Below are positions 1 through 14,228 of a DNA stretch of 64,000 bases, one piece after another. Source of the stretch: the human T2T-CHM13v2.0 reference genome, Homo sapiens. Under the pieces are notes generated by a model. It saw only the letters and a list, made by a program, of their open reading frames with translations. It did no database searches and was not told the origin of the DNA. Numbering within the stretch: the stretch's first letter is position 1; each line of letters starts with the position of its first letter. The position numbers were made by a program, and so were the translations under genes. The stretch is from NCBI RefSeq assembly GCF_009914755.1, contig NC_060926.1; one strand, 5' to 3'.

Positions 1-2242
1 TCCTGCTTGGAGGAGATATTTTCCTCTATTTTAAAGGCAGCTGTGATGTGATAAACACAAGAGAAGAGCAGCCCCACCCCCCCACCCCATGCACTGATTT
101 CCAGGAGTGGGGCCATGAGCTGGGGGCCCCTGCTGCTCCTGCACCCCTCACCTGTGGTCCCCTGGGGGTTAGGTGACCTGCTGGGTCAGACACCAGCTCT
201 CAGGGAGCCGCAACTCCTGGCATAGGTGCAATGTCTTGGAGTGACAGCAGATTTTTTCAGGCCTAGCTCTGAACTCTCCAAACACAAATCCTCCTAGAAG
301 TCAGCACCCCTCAGTGCCTCACCCTGGAGCTTTGCCACATCACCATTTATTAAGAGAGGGATGCATCTGCCCTGCACACCCTGATGGGACAATTTCCACC
401 CCACCAGCAAGGGGACATCAGTGTGTCCCCCCAGGGCCCTACTGGAGCACCCACCAAGAGGCCCCAAGTGCCCCTGGGGAGAGGGACCTTCAGGAACTCG
501 TCACCTCTCACTGTGCCCCTCTGCTACTCACCGGTCACTCCCCAGAGCCCATCACAGTGACCCAGCACTCCTGAAATGTGAGTTCAATGCTTCAAACTTT
601 CTGCAATACTGACTCTTCAGGTGGATGGTTCATGGTCCCTGAATTCATGATCAGTTATTAAAAATAATAAAATACTTCATCTGTAGGGTGCTTGTGGCTC
701 CCAAAGTGTTTCCTAAGGGTGTACTACCCGAAATCAAAACAAGAAGGGCCCAAATCGTGGGCTCTAATGCTTCCCCAGTGCCCACCCCCCAGCATTCCAA
801 CCAGACACAGAAGCCACCAGAAGCATGATCTTAACAAGCAGCATGCCAGCAGGGTTCCCCTAGCTCACAGAGCCCTGCAACCCCAGAACCTGCTTGGAGA
901 CCCAGAGGGCAGCCCAGACGCCACCTCCAGCTTTCCCACCTCCATCTGGGCCGCCCTCCCAGCAATCTCGAGTCCTGGGGATCAGGGACCATCTTATTCC
1001 TCTTTGCAGGCCCAGGACCTGCCTGTGCCCAGCACAGTACATCTTTGTGGGATAAATGACAGGAGTAATGCATTCACTCTCAAAGCCTGAAGATTATCGA
1101 AACAGCCAGGGTCGGGAAGAGAAAAAGGTGAGCACGCAACGCATGGAGGGAGGGAAGCCAGGGCTGAGGGACACCTGGCGTGGACCCTGGGGAACCCGGC
1201 CTCCCTCCTGCCCACTGCCCTGCCCCACCAGGGCCTTGCACTTGAGGGTCCGGGGTCTCTCAAGCCCTGTGACCCTGTGCGGGAGCACTCTGTTCCTGTC
1301 TTCAATCTTTTTGTGTTTTTAATGCATATCTCTCTCATTCAGTCTCTTGTTTTCTTTTCCCCTAAACCCAGTGGTACAAAAACCAAGGGGGGTGAGATTG
1401 TATCTCTGTTTGTTTTGATGGATTGAACATTTTCTTTCCTTGTTCTACATTTTTCAGATTTCTGGGGATTGTTTTCCACCTCTTGATGTTATCTGGGCTC
1501 TGGCCAACAGCAACACACACTCTGCCGGTGCCTGAGGGCGGAGTGCGGAAGCAGGGGGCTCAACTTTTGGCTAAATTTAGCTTCTCTTGGGCAGATTTAT
1601 CTCCATTAATCATAACCAAGCGGAGTTGCTGGAAACTGTGCTTCCCTCGATCCAGCCGCCTGCGTGAATAAGTACTTCCATCCCAGAGAGGATTTCCTGG
1701 AGCGAATGCCAATAGTCTCCCTAAACAGCCAGGCAAGCCACAGCAAACAAACAAAAACAACCAAAAACAAAAGGAGCAGCAGCAGCTGGCACAGAGGCGG
1801 GTGCTCAGCCTTGTTTTATCCGCAGGTCCCGCACCAAGGAAGTGGAGAAACACACGAGGCTCCCTCAGGCTGGATCCCTGTGTCCCAAGACAGCCAGAGA
1901 AGGGGACGGGGACACTGCCCAGCTGTGGGCACCTGCACTTGGAGGTCACCCCACCACCGCCTGGGAAAGCCTCGAAGCCTCATAGCACAGGGGTGGCCAG
2001 AGTACTCCCTGAACTGCGAGTCTGGTTAGTTCTTGGTGGTGGGCACAGGTGAGTGACATCTACCTTCCGCACTTGTCTCTGTGTGTGAGATACTTGGTTA
2101 TTGGAAAAAAATGAAATCTGTGAGTCTTTGGATCCCTGTTTGGCCCAGGAACAGGCCACCCTCTTCTTTACTGAGTCAATGCTAAAGTCACTGTTGACCC
2201 AAAGCATAGGGATGAGCGGGAGACGTTTCAGACTCCAACAGG

Positions 2243-2262
2243 TGCTCCATCTGGTGGCGACT
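2243..2262 (-). promoter_or_regulatory. Candidate CTCF binding site
   Basis: Minus strand reads CGCCACCAGATGGAGCA, 13/14 match to the CTCF core CCASYAGRKGGCRS, in non-repeat sequence. Motif only; binding is not shown. Confidence 0.5.
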
Positions 2263-2419
2263 TCAGGAACATCTTCCAAGTCAAGGTGGCAGGTGTGCAC
2301 CTGTGGGCTCCTTCTTGAAGGCCCGTCCTGCAGGCACCCATCCAGGAAGGAAGGCTGAGGAACTGCAGGGAGCTGAGGGCTGGGCATGACCACAGACCAT
2401 GATGGTTTTTCTGGGTGCA

Positions 2420-2480
2420 TCATTCAACCACTATTTCCGAGAGCCTGCCCTGGTCCAGGCACTATGTGCTGGCAATCCAA
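2420..2480 (-). mobile_element. L2 3'-end remnant
   Basis: cattcaaccactatttccgagagcctgcc...ccaggcactatgtgctgg resembles the reverse complement of the L2 terminus. Confidence 0.4.
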
Positions 2481-2944
2481 AGAGGGGCTGTGGGCTGGGG
2501 TCTGAGTGTCAGACAGCAGCTGAGTAGAAGGTTTTAATCAGCGTTTTCCAGCACGTGAACTGTAAGACTTGCAGGCAGAGAGCTTCCTGTCTCCTGAAGG
2601 ATTGAAACAAGAGCTTGGGGTCAATTGGAAGAGGGTGGGAGGTGGCTCTGCTATCCTGGGAGCCCACAATATCCAGTCTGGACCACTGGGTCCTCTGAGG
2701 TCCAGGAAAGATGGCATCGAGCCAAGCTCTGTTTCTCATACTCTATGGAGGACCACTGGATGAGCAGATTGTGACAAGGGCTGGCAGGAGGCCCACTAAG
2801 TGCTGGTGGGACTGGGGGAGGTCAACTCTGCCCTCAGGCTGGGACCTTATCTGAGGAGCAGGTGCTGCTGGTGATGCCTGGAGCCCACCAACATACCTGG
2901 TACCCGGGATCAACGTCCTCTCACCTGAGTCACTCTGAGGTGCA

Positions 2945-3030
2945 CGTCCCTGTGCTGAGCCTCAGTATCCTCAGCTGCAGAAGGGGCAGATAGACAAGAA
3001 GAACTCTAGGGCCCTCCTCCCCAGCTCTGT
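2945..3030 (+). mobile_element. MIR core remnant
   Basis: ctgagcctcagtatcctcagctgcagaagggg matches the MIR core (ctgagcctcagtttcctcatctgtaaaatgggg). Confidence 0.5.
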
Positions 3031-5673
3031 GACTCCATGAGTAACACACATGTATGACAGACGCATGACAGGCCTGACACTGCTGCCCCCTCCATATGGC
3101 ACACAAACCTACCTCTCGGGCATCCCAGGGCTTCCTGGCAATGCCCTTCCGTGTGCAGCCAGGAACAAAGAGGCTCAGGACCTGGGTGGGACAGAGCCCA
3201 GGGGACAAGCAGATGCTCGGTGCTCCATGGATTGTGGGGCCAGCAAGGTGTGGCAACCGACAGAGGGGCTCCTGCCACTGTGTCTGTTCCCTGATAGTCC
3301 AGTTCCTCCCTGGTCAGCAGCCCTGGATCGGGGGCATCTGAAGTAGGATGGACACCCAGTACCCGGTCACATTTACTGTCCAATTTGCCAGGGCAAGCTG
3401 TTTGCCTGGGAGTCCATCCCTGCTTTGGGAGCCTCCCCAGAGCTGGACACACAGCCCCAACCCAGGACCCCAACCCCACTGAGGGTGGCAGCCACACAGA
3501 GGACCAGGCAGGTTCACAGCAGCACATGCTGGAAGTGAGGAAAGCCCCTTGTGCAGTCATCAAAGCTAAGCAGGGAGGTCGTGCTGGCGTGAAGATGATT
3601 TTACAATAAGATCTCTAGGACGATCGCCCACCAGCTGCCCCACCAGGCCGTAAAAACCCACTCCCACTGCAATGCTAAGCAAAAGTATTTCCCCACAATA
3701 GAACAGACACCACCCTCTGCCCTGCTGGCAGTCACCAGGAGAGAGGCACTGTCCTGAGCAGGGAGAATTCAGCATGAATAGCCTGGCTTCATCATTACAT
3801 AGAAAGAGGGGATTCAGGAAGGCTGTGTCCAGACTTGGGGGCCTACCACGGTGATGCCCAGTGTCAGTGCAGTGGATGCAGACAGTGTTCCAAGTGTCCA
3901 GTTCCTTCCCTCAGGCACATGGAGACTGAGTCCCTCCGCACCAGCCTCTGCAGACTATGCTGCTGGCTGCTAACCCTGGCCACGGGGCCATGGAAAGGAG
4001 AGGCACGTGTGGCTTCTGGGAGAAAGCACTGAGGAGCTGCAGCTCTCCCTCCAGCTGTCTCCTCCCACAGTGATGGGAAGAGGCTCTCCAAAGGCAGGAG
4101 CGGAGGAGCCACAGCCTGCAGTGGCCAGGCCCCCACCACGAGGAGCTTCCATGTGGGGACAGAGCCTGGGACCCTCAGCTGGACCAGCAGTAGACTGTGT
4201 GCCTGCAAATATTACACTGCATGCTAAGCTACCAAGATCTGGGGAGTGTACATTACTCCACTTGGTTATTACACATGCACCTGGCCTAGCCTGGGCTAGC
4301 TCCCAGGTTGGTGATGAGCAAAAAGAAAATAAAGGTATAAGAACAATGTTGCATTAAAGAGAGAATATCAATAGATAGAAAAATTTTTTAATAAAAGAGC
4401 CAAATGGAAATTCTGAAAAGTATAAAAACTGACATTAAAAAAGTCAGTAGAGGGCCTCAACAGTAGATTTAAACTTGGAGAAGAAAAAAATCACAAATTT
4501 GAAGAAGATAGGTCTATTGAGATTATGCAAAATGAAGATCAAAGGAAAAAAGAATGAAGTAAAACAGATCCTCAGAGAAATGTATAAGACCATTAGGTGC
4601 ACCAACATATGCATAATTAGAGTAATAGAAACTGGGGATAGGGCAGAGATAGGGGAAGGAGAGACAGAGAAAGAAAGGAACAGAAAAAAGATTCGAAGAA
4701 ATAATAACAAAAAAATCCCAAATATATCGACAAACATCAATCTATACATCCAAAAGCTCAATAAACTGCAAGTAAAAGAAACACAAAGAGATCCACAAAT
4801 GAACACATCATAGTAAAAATGCTGAAAGTCAAAGAAAATAAGACAATCTTGAAAAAGCAACAAGAGAAAAGCCACTTATCACTTACAGAGGAAACACAAT
4901 AAGACTAACAGCTGACTTCTCATCAGAAACAATGGAGGACTGAAGGTGATGGGATGATATATTTAAAATTCTCAAGGAAATAAACTGTCACCCAGAAATT
5001 ATATATGCAGCAAAGCTATCTTCCAAAAATTAAAATGAAATAAGGACATTCCCAAATGAGTAAAACTGGAGGAATTTATTGGTAGCATACCCAAGAAATA
5101 CTAAAGAAAGTTCTTCAGGCTAAAAGCAAGTGACCCCAGTTGGTAATTCAAATTCACATTTTAAAAAAAAGCACCACTAAATACAAGTATGCAACTATAA
5201 AAGACAGTAAAATGCATGCTACTTCTCCTTTCTTATCTTAAATGATTTAAAAGGTAATTGTATATTCTTCCTGATAACTTTCTTTAAAAAACAAAAGAGC
5301 TATTGTACAAAATGGTATGCATATAATGTATTTTGGGGTGCATAACATATGGAAATGTAATATACTTGTCAATAACAGGACAAAAGAGGTGGGTGGGAAC
5401 AAAGCTGTATGGGGCTAAAGAAATTACTCCAGAGAGTAACTTGAATCCATAGAAACAAATGAAGAGTACCAGAAATAGTAAATAGAAGTTAATATAACAA
5501 AAGCTATAAATACATACTTGCTCTCCTTCCCTCTCAGTTTTATTAAGAAACATAAAATTGTATAAGATAATAACAACAATGCATATCATTGGGTTAGTAA
5601 CATTTATAGATGTAATCTGCATGAAAATAATACCACAAAAAAGGAAAAATATAATATATATGAGTAGTGTTCT

Positions 5674-5980
5674 GGCCAAGCACGGTGGCTCTCATCTATA
5701 ATCCCAGCACTTTGGGAGGCTGAGGCAGGTAATAGCTTGAGCCCAGGAGTTCACGACCAGCCTGGGCAACATGGCAAAAAATCATCTCCACAAAAAATAC
5801 AAAAATTAGCTGGGCATGATGGCACACACCTGTAGTCCCAGCTACTTGGAAGGCTGATGTGGGAGGATTGCTTGAGCTCAGAAGGTCAAGGCTGCAGTGA
5901 GCCATAATTAACCCACTGCACTCCAGCCTGCGTGAAAGAGTGAGATCCTGTCTTAAAAAGAAAAAGAGAGAGAGAGAGAG
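5674..5980 (+). mobile_element. AluJ-like SINE with A/(GA)n tail
   Basis: Full dimer; J diagnostics gcttgagcccaggagttc, ggaggattgcttgag, ggtcaaggctgcagtgagc. Confidence 0.92.
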
Positions 5981-7982
5981 AAATGTTTCTACATCTAATT
6001 GGAATTAAGCTACTGTAAATTTAAAGGTGATTCTGATAAGATGTATATGGTAAGACTTATGGCAACCACTAAGAAAACAACATTTAAAACTATAGAAAAA
6101 AAGATTAAAAATGTAAATGTTACATTAGAAAAAAGTCACATATACATAAAGTCACATATGTATGAAAATAGTCACATATATATGAAAAAGAAAGCAGTAC
6201 AGAGAAAATGAAGAACAAAAAATACATAAAATATACAAAACAAAAATTAAAATGGTAGACATAAATCCAACCATATTAATTACAACAGTAAATTTGAATG
6301 AATTAAACAACTCATTCAAAAGGCAGAGATGGTCAGATGATTACAAAAAGAAAAAAAGAGATCTAGCAATGACATGCTGTCCACACAGGGCAGACTTTAG
6401 GTCAAGGATATAGGTTGAAAGGAAAAGGATGGAAAAAGACATATTATGCAAACAGCACCACAAGAAAGTTCGAGTGGCTACACTAATATCAGACAAAATA
6501 GACTTTAAAACAATAGTGTTTCTAGGGAGAAATAGTAACAATAAAAGGCTCAATCCATTAAGAAGGTACAACAATTATACACATATATGCACCTAACACT
6601 ATACCACTAAAATACACAAAGCAAAAACTAACAGGAATGAAGGGCAAATTAGACAATTCAACAATAATAGTTGGATATTTTAGTATCCTCATTTCCAACA
6701 ATAGATATAACAGCTAGGTAGAAGATAAACAAGGAAATAGGTTTAAATGGCACAATAAACCAACTAGATCTAGCAGACTTCAATATAACACCACACCCAA
6801 CAACAGTAAACCATACATTCTTCTTGAGTGCACATGGAACATTTTTTAGGAGAGAGTATATGCTAGGCCATAAACAAATGTCAAAGAATTTTAAAGCATG
6901 GAAATGATAGTATATTCTGTGATCCTATGGAATTGAAGTCAAGAATGGAGAGAAAACTTGTGAAACTTGCAAATATGTATTAATTAAATAAAACGCTTTT
7001 AAACAACTAAAGTGTAAAAGAAGAAATCAAAAGGTAAATTATAAAAATACTTTGAGATAAATGAAAATGAAGACACAACATATCAAAACTAATGGGATTC
7101 AAACAGTTAAAACAGTACTTAGAAATTTATGACTGTGACTGTATTTAAAAAGTAGTAATATCTCGAATTTTTCTAACATCTTAAGACACTGGAAAAAGTA
7201 CATATAAAACCTATGGAAGCAATGGGAAGGAAATAATACAGACTAGATTGGGATTTAGTGGAATATAAAATTTAAAAATAATAGAAAAAAATCAGTGAAA
7301 CCAAAACCAGTTTCCTTGCAAAGATCAACAAAAATTACAAACCCTTAGCTAGACTGACCAAAAAAAAAAATATAGAGAGAGAGAAAGAGAAGAGACTCAA
7401 ACTACTATAATCAGAAATATAAAGGAGACATATTACTACTGATCTTACAGAAATAAAAAGGATTTATAAAGGATGGCAAGTGTTGGCAAGGATGTGGAGA
7501 GACTGGAATCTTTACGATTGCTGGTGGAAATGGACAATGGTGCTGCCACTTTAGCATATAGCACAACACTTCCTCAAACACTTAAACAGAGAATTACCAT
7601 ATGACACAGCAATGTCACTCCTAGGTAAATACCCCAGAGAAATGAGAACATGTCCATGCAGGAACTCATGTATTAATGTTCATAGCAGCATTATTTACAA
7701 CAGTCAAAAGGTGGAAGGAGCAATGCCTCTCAGCTAATAAATGAATAAACAAAATGTGATATACCCATACAATGGAGTGCTGTTTGGCCACGGAAAGGAA
7801 AGAAGTACTAACACGACACGGGTGAACCTTGAAAACATCATGCTAAGCAAAAAACAATCCACTCCCAAAGGAATATCCATAAGTAGATTAGCAGTTGCTT
7901 AGTGAGGGGAGGGGAAAATAGTGAGGTCGATACTAAAGGGCATAGGATTTCTTACAATTTTCTAGAAATGGGTGATGGTTGC

Positions 7983-8381
7983 TGCTATGCTTTGAATGTT
8001 TGTCTGCTCCACAATTCATGTTGAAAATTAACTGCCAATGTAATGGTTTGGGTGGTGGGGACTTTAAGAGGTGATTAGGTCACAAGCATGTCCCCTCATG
8101 GGTGAGTGTGACGCCTTAATAAAAGGTATTTCAGAAGTGAGTTCTCTCCCGGCTCTTTCACTCTTCTGCCATGTGAGAACAGTGTTTCTCTCCTCTGGAA
8201 GACACAGTGTTCAAGGCACCAACCTGGAAGCACAGACTGGGGCCCTCACCAGATATCAAGGCTGACAGCACCTTGAAACTGAACTTTCCAGCCTCCAGAA
8301 CTGTCAGCTGGTAAAGTTCTGTCCATTATAAATTATCCAGCCTGTGGTACTTTGTTACAGCAGCACAAAAAGACGAAGACA
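7983..8381 (+). mobile_element. Solo MaLR LTR (MST/MLT1A-like) with 5-bp TSD
   Basis: Starts tgctatgctttgaatg and ends ...acagcagcacaaaaagacgaagaca; flanked by GTTGC at 7978-7982 and 8382-8386. Confidence 0.88.
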
Positions 8382-8429
8382 GTTGCATTTATCTCTGAAT
8401 GTGTTAAGAACCATTGAGCTGGACAATTA

Positions 8430-8738
<309 letters not shown>

Positions 8739-10589
8739 CTAATGAGCACAGCAACACATCAAGGGGAAAATAACTTATGCCTGAAAAAAATTTAAAAAGC
8801 TTATCGAGATTCCTACAATGAAACAGAGGAGAATGGAAAGTAACCGTAGAAACATGAGATTAGCCTGGGTAGCAAACAATAATACCCATCAGGTGCTGAG
8901 CATTGGCTGTAATTTGGTCTGGAATTCTGATAACCCTAGCAAAGATCAAAACATGCCCAGCTCCATCTCACCCAAAGGCTGGATGATCCTGGCTTCACAG
9001 GACACCCATTTAAAAGACAGCCCATTCACCCACCCACTGGATGGCTGGAATCTCAGTAATGTCTGACCTGGCCTCACACTGGACGTGTCTGCCTGGCCCT
9101 GAACGCCTGCTGGAAGGATCCCAACCCTGACTCCTGCCTTGTCTCACCTTCCTTAGGGTCAGAATCCTGCGCCTCAAACACTGAAAGTATAGCTTTCTCC
9201 GGTGGACTCTGGCAGGACAAATCAGAGCCCCTACCCCTCGCACCATTAGCAGCCTCTGGCAGAAATCCCCCGGTCCCACTCCATCCCCACAGTGACCCAT
9301 AAGGGCTCCTTCCCCAAGCAGGAGTGGGAAATGGCAGGATTTGGGCACCCACCCTTCTCAGTAAGGGCTTGATCAGATGCACCTCACACACTTGCTTAGA
9401 TAACTTGCAGAATTTCTGCAGCCTGTCTTGAGTTTATTTTGGCTCAAATCATTATATTAACTTGCAAATAATAGCAATGGAGAACACAGGCTTGGGCTGG
9501 GGCCAGCTCCCCACTGATGTCCCCACAGTGGACACAGGAAAAACAAGCCTTCATCTCTCCCAGGTCAAAAACATTAAAGCATGAGCAGATGGAATCCTAA
9601 TAGGAGTTGTCAATCTGAGCCTTTGGGGATTTGCTGATGGTGACATCCCAAGGTCAGGGGCAGGAACCAGGGTCCAGGAGAAGCTGTCCGTCCTGTGTTC
9701 CAAGCCAGCACGGGCTCTGCTGAAGCAGATGGGAGGGCAAGACGGCTGCAGTCACAGCTGCCCTGGGCCTGGCTGCCCTCTCCAATGTGCTAGCCAACAG
9801 GGAGCGGGCGGCGCAGACAGCCTGGAGAGAGTGGGGCCGCAGCTTCCCATTCGGAATACGAAAGGAAAGGCCTGATGCAGCTGCCTTCAGATGGATAGAG
9901 GCCAAAAAGATGGTCTTAGGACATAAAGCAAGACAAGTCACTTCCAATCGGGGTCATTCAACAGCCATGTCTACAAGAATTAATTTGTGAATTAAACAAA
10001 CGTTACTGTTAGAAAAATGAACTGGAAGAGAATGTTACATTTGCATAAGAAGAATGGAAGAAAGGGGCACTTCTGTGGAAGATGGAGGATTTGACACTGA
10101 GAACTAGCATGCGCCTTGTGATTTCAGTGAATCATGGTAAAAAGGAGATGTTGGAATTCACTGAGAATGATGACAAGGCTGCGGAAAAAGATGATAAGCT
10201 GACACCCGGGCAGCTGAAATACAGTCAGTGGGCGAGCAGGATCACAGCTCTGATTTGGAGGAACAAGCGGATGTTGCATTACTTCTAAAACCACCTAGTG
10301 TTTAACAGCCATGCCGAACCCCACTGCATTTAAATAAAGCAGAGGGATGAAGCCATAGCAGAACTTTGGGGTATCCCTGCTCCTCTCTTGCTCCTGGTGC
10401 TCACAAGCAAACAGGTGGCTTGGCAAATGTGTTTGTTTAGGACACCTGGCCTCCTCTGTAGCCCACTGCGACGCCTACGGTCTCTGTTGACTCAAGGTGT
10501 CTCTCTAGGTCAGAGCTTTTAGACTCCAGAGTTGATCTGGAACACCTCAGAGTGGAGAAGTTTTGCTGAGTTCTCATTTAACATTTTAA

Positions 10590-11236
<647 letters not shown>

Positions 11237-11454
11237 TTAGTGTTGGAATACAGCATTTCTTAGTACCATCTCCGCAGGAAGCATAACTTCAGTTATTATT
11301 CAACATTCTCAATGGCCTCTGTGTACCTGAAAAACAAAGTTTGGCCAGGACAAAACTACATGCACCATATCTTGTACTAAGTTCTTCACTGTCCAGGTTG
11401 AATATTACAGGTTAAGACACAGACATTTCAGAGTAAAGCTGACCCACAGAAGTA

Positions 11455-11808
11455 CAGTCCTGTGCTGCAGGATGACATTTTAGGCAACGAGAACCACATA
11501 TACGGTGGCAGTTCCATATAAGATTGTCATATTACATTTTTACTACACCTTTTCTATGTTGAGATATGTTTAGATACACAAATACTTAGCATTGTGTCAC
11601 AGTTGCCTGCAGTATTCAGCACAGTCACATGCTGTACAGGTCTGCAGCTTAGGAGCAATAGGCTCCATCCAGCATGCAGCCTTGGTGTGTAATAGGCTAT
11701 ACCACCTAGGGGAGCTGCAGGCACACTCTATGATGTTTGTATAATTATGAAATTGCCTAACAATGCATTTTGCAGAACATATTCTTGTCATTAAGTGATG
11801 CATGACTA
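11455..11808 (+). mobile_element. Tigger3a/MER7A-like non-autonomous DNA transposon
   Basis: TA-flanked; ends cagtc(ctg)...catgact; internal tttagatacacaaatactta, aggagcaataggct, taggctatacc match the recalled Tigger3a consensus. Confidence 0.85.
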
Positions 11809-12304
11809 TAGTTTTCTCATTCACAGTCCTTCCTGTGTGCTCCAGCACTAAGCATCAATGCCTTCCGAACAAGGCTGGACCGGTTCAGACACCAGCAGGA
11901 CCTAGTGGCCCAGGATGGATGTCAGATGGTCAGGTGAGTGAAAGGATAAGCAGGGAGAATTTCTAGATGGTCTCTAGAAATTCTGCTAAAATTGCTGTGG
12001 CTCAGATACGTGACAGCATGGCTGTAGTCCCGTCATCGATTTTTCTCTCTGTAAATTCTTCGAATGTCTGGATTCCTTCACAGGATGATGCTTCCCCAGT
12101 GCCCAGGGTGCATGGCCTGAGTCATCCCTGCTAAGTTCTGCTAACGACCACCTTTCTCTAACAGTACCTGAAATCAACATTTTATAGAGTGCTGGGTTTG
12201 TGAGTAAGTTGGTAGCTAGAAGGAAGAAAACAATTCTTATGTTTTTGTTTTTAAAACATACCCAAGTCGCCTGAAGCTTTAATGCTGTAAGATGACGTAT
12301 GGGT

Positions 12305-13200
12305 GAGGACTTTTGGTTGCACATAACCGAATGATCTGGAATCATTTAACAGAAAAGTGAATTTACAGGGATTCTGGGACAGCCTTACGTACCAGGGCTG
12401 GGACGCAGACCAGGAACGGATGGAAGCAGGGAAGGGAGAATGCTGCTCTCGGTTTCAGGCCACGTCCTCGCTCTGTATCGCCTTCATCCGCTTCACCCAC
12501 AGCCCACCTATGCCACACAGTGGACATGTCCTTAGTTCCACCACCCAAGCAAAACATGACTTCTCTTTCTCAGCTTTGTTTCCAATGCCATGGTGGAGAC
12601 CATGGTTCTGGCAGAAACCAGCTGGCACAGTTGAGTCAGGTTTATCCCAGGAGGAATTGGTAAAGAGACTATCTACAAATGTGTAGGCAGGGGGGCAAGG
12701 AAACCACAGGGGACAGCATCATTTCTGGAGGCCAGCAACGGTGAGGCTGTTAGCCCCCCTCACCTAAAGGAACGAGGGCAGAGAGCCTGGCCCTGAACGC
12801 CTACGTGGAGAGGCTGCCTTGGGGAGCCGGGACCCTCACTGGGGGTTGTAGCCAGCAACAGGAAACTAGTTGGGATGAAGCCAGGAGTAAGTACCCTGCC
12901 CTGGCAGTACTCTCTGCCCCTCTGATCCCCTGCTGAGATTCCCCACCAGGCAAACCCAAAAGGAAGCCAGGGCAGGGGGTGGGCTGATGCGGCTCAATCA
13001 GGCCAGCAGCAGCACAGGGTGCACAGCAGAGAACACAGCAGAGAACTGGATCATGATCGCACAGAGGACCGGAAGTATGTGCACAGAAGGGCTCTGATTG
13101 GCCCAGCATGGACCATGTGCCCACCTCTGAGCCAATCAGAGAGCCTGGGGGAGGAGTCTGTGCCAATACGGCAGCCCTGCCATGAATGTGGCTGTTGGGA
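12305..13200 (-). mobile_element. Old MLT1 (J/K-like) LTR split by an LTR33-like insert (~12590-13060)
   Basis: cttttggttgca...aatttacaggg at the left and ctctgattggcccagc...ccatgtgcccacctctgagccaatca at the right are MLT1-like; the middle gactatctacaaatgtgtaggcagg...ggaaaccacaggg...aaacccaaaaggaagccag resembles LTR33. Confidence 0.55.
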
Positions 13201-13202
13201 TG

Positions 13203-13568
13203 TGTCTTAGTCCATCTGTGTTGCTGTAACAAAATACTACAGACTAGATAGATTATAGAAAAAGAATAGAACATTATTTTTCAAAGCTCTGGAGGTAGGA
13301 AGTCCAAGATCAGGGTAGGTCTGGTGTCTGGTGAGGGCTGATCTCCGCAGCCTTATGGCTGCATCCTCCAGAGGGGAGAACTGCTGTGTCTCCACGTGGC
13401 AGAAGAGATGGAAGGGGTGGAAGTGCCCTGCTCAAGCCCTTCCATAAGGCACTAATCCATTCATGAGGACCTGATCACCTCCTAAAGGCCCCACTTCTTA
13501 ACACTGCTGCATTGGGGGTTAAGTTTCAACACGAATTTTGAGGGGACACACATCATTCAAACCACGCA
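13203..13568 (-). mobile_element. Solo MaLR LTR (MST-like)
   Basis: tgtcttagtccat...gctgtaacaaaatact...ggaagtccaagatca...gttaagtttcaacacgaattttg...cattcaaaccacgca. Confidence 0.85.
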
Positions 13569-13617
13569 GTGGGAGTGGGGAGCACGGCAGGGAAGGTGCC
13601 TAGATAAAGTCAGGTGG

Positions 13618-14228
13618 TCCTGAGCTCCACCATCCCAGCCTCACTCCTTCTCCCTGCCTCCCGTCCTCAGTTCTATCCTAGCCTCATTCCCTCTCCCTGC
13701 CTCCCATCCTCAACTCCATCATCCCAATCTCATTCCTCCCTGCCTCCCGTCCTCAGCTCCATCCCAGCCTCATTCCTTCTCCCTGCCTCCCGTCCTCAGT
13801 TCTATCCTAGCCTCATTCCCTCTCCCTGCCTCCCATCCTCAACTTCATCATCCCAATCTCATTCCTCCCTGCCTTCCGTCCTCAGCTCCATCCCAGCCTC
13901 ATTCCTTCTCCCTGCTTCCCATCCTAAGCTCCATCATCCCAGCCTCACTCCTCCTGCCTCCTGTCCTCAGCTCCATCCCAGCCTCACTCCTTCTCCCTGC
14001 CTGTCCTCAGCTCCATCCCAGCCTCACTCCTTCTCCCTGCCTCCCATCCTCAGCTCCATCATCCCAATCTCATTCCTCCCTGCCTCCCGTCCTCAGCTCC
14101 ATCCCAGCCTCATTCCTTCTCTCTGCCTCCTGTCCTCAGCTGCATCATTCCAGCCTCATTCCTTCTCCCTGCCTCCCGTCCTCAGCTCCATCATCCCAGC
14201 CTCATTCCTTCTCCCTGCCTCCCGTCCT
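13618..14228. repeat. Pyrimidine-rich minisatellite, ~43-bp unit (~14 copies)
   Basis: Unit ctcagctccatcccagcctcattccttctccctgcctcccgtc repeated with variants; ttctatccta recurs at 13671 and 13800 (129 bp = 3 units). Confidence 0.95.
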
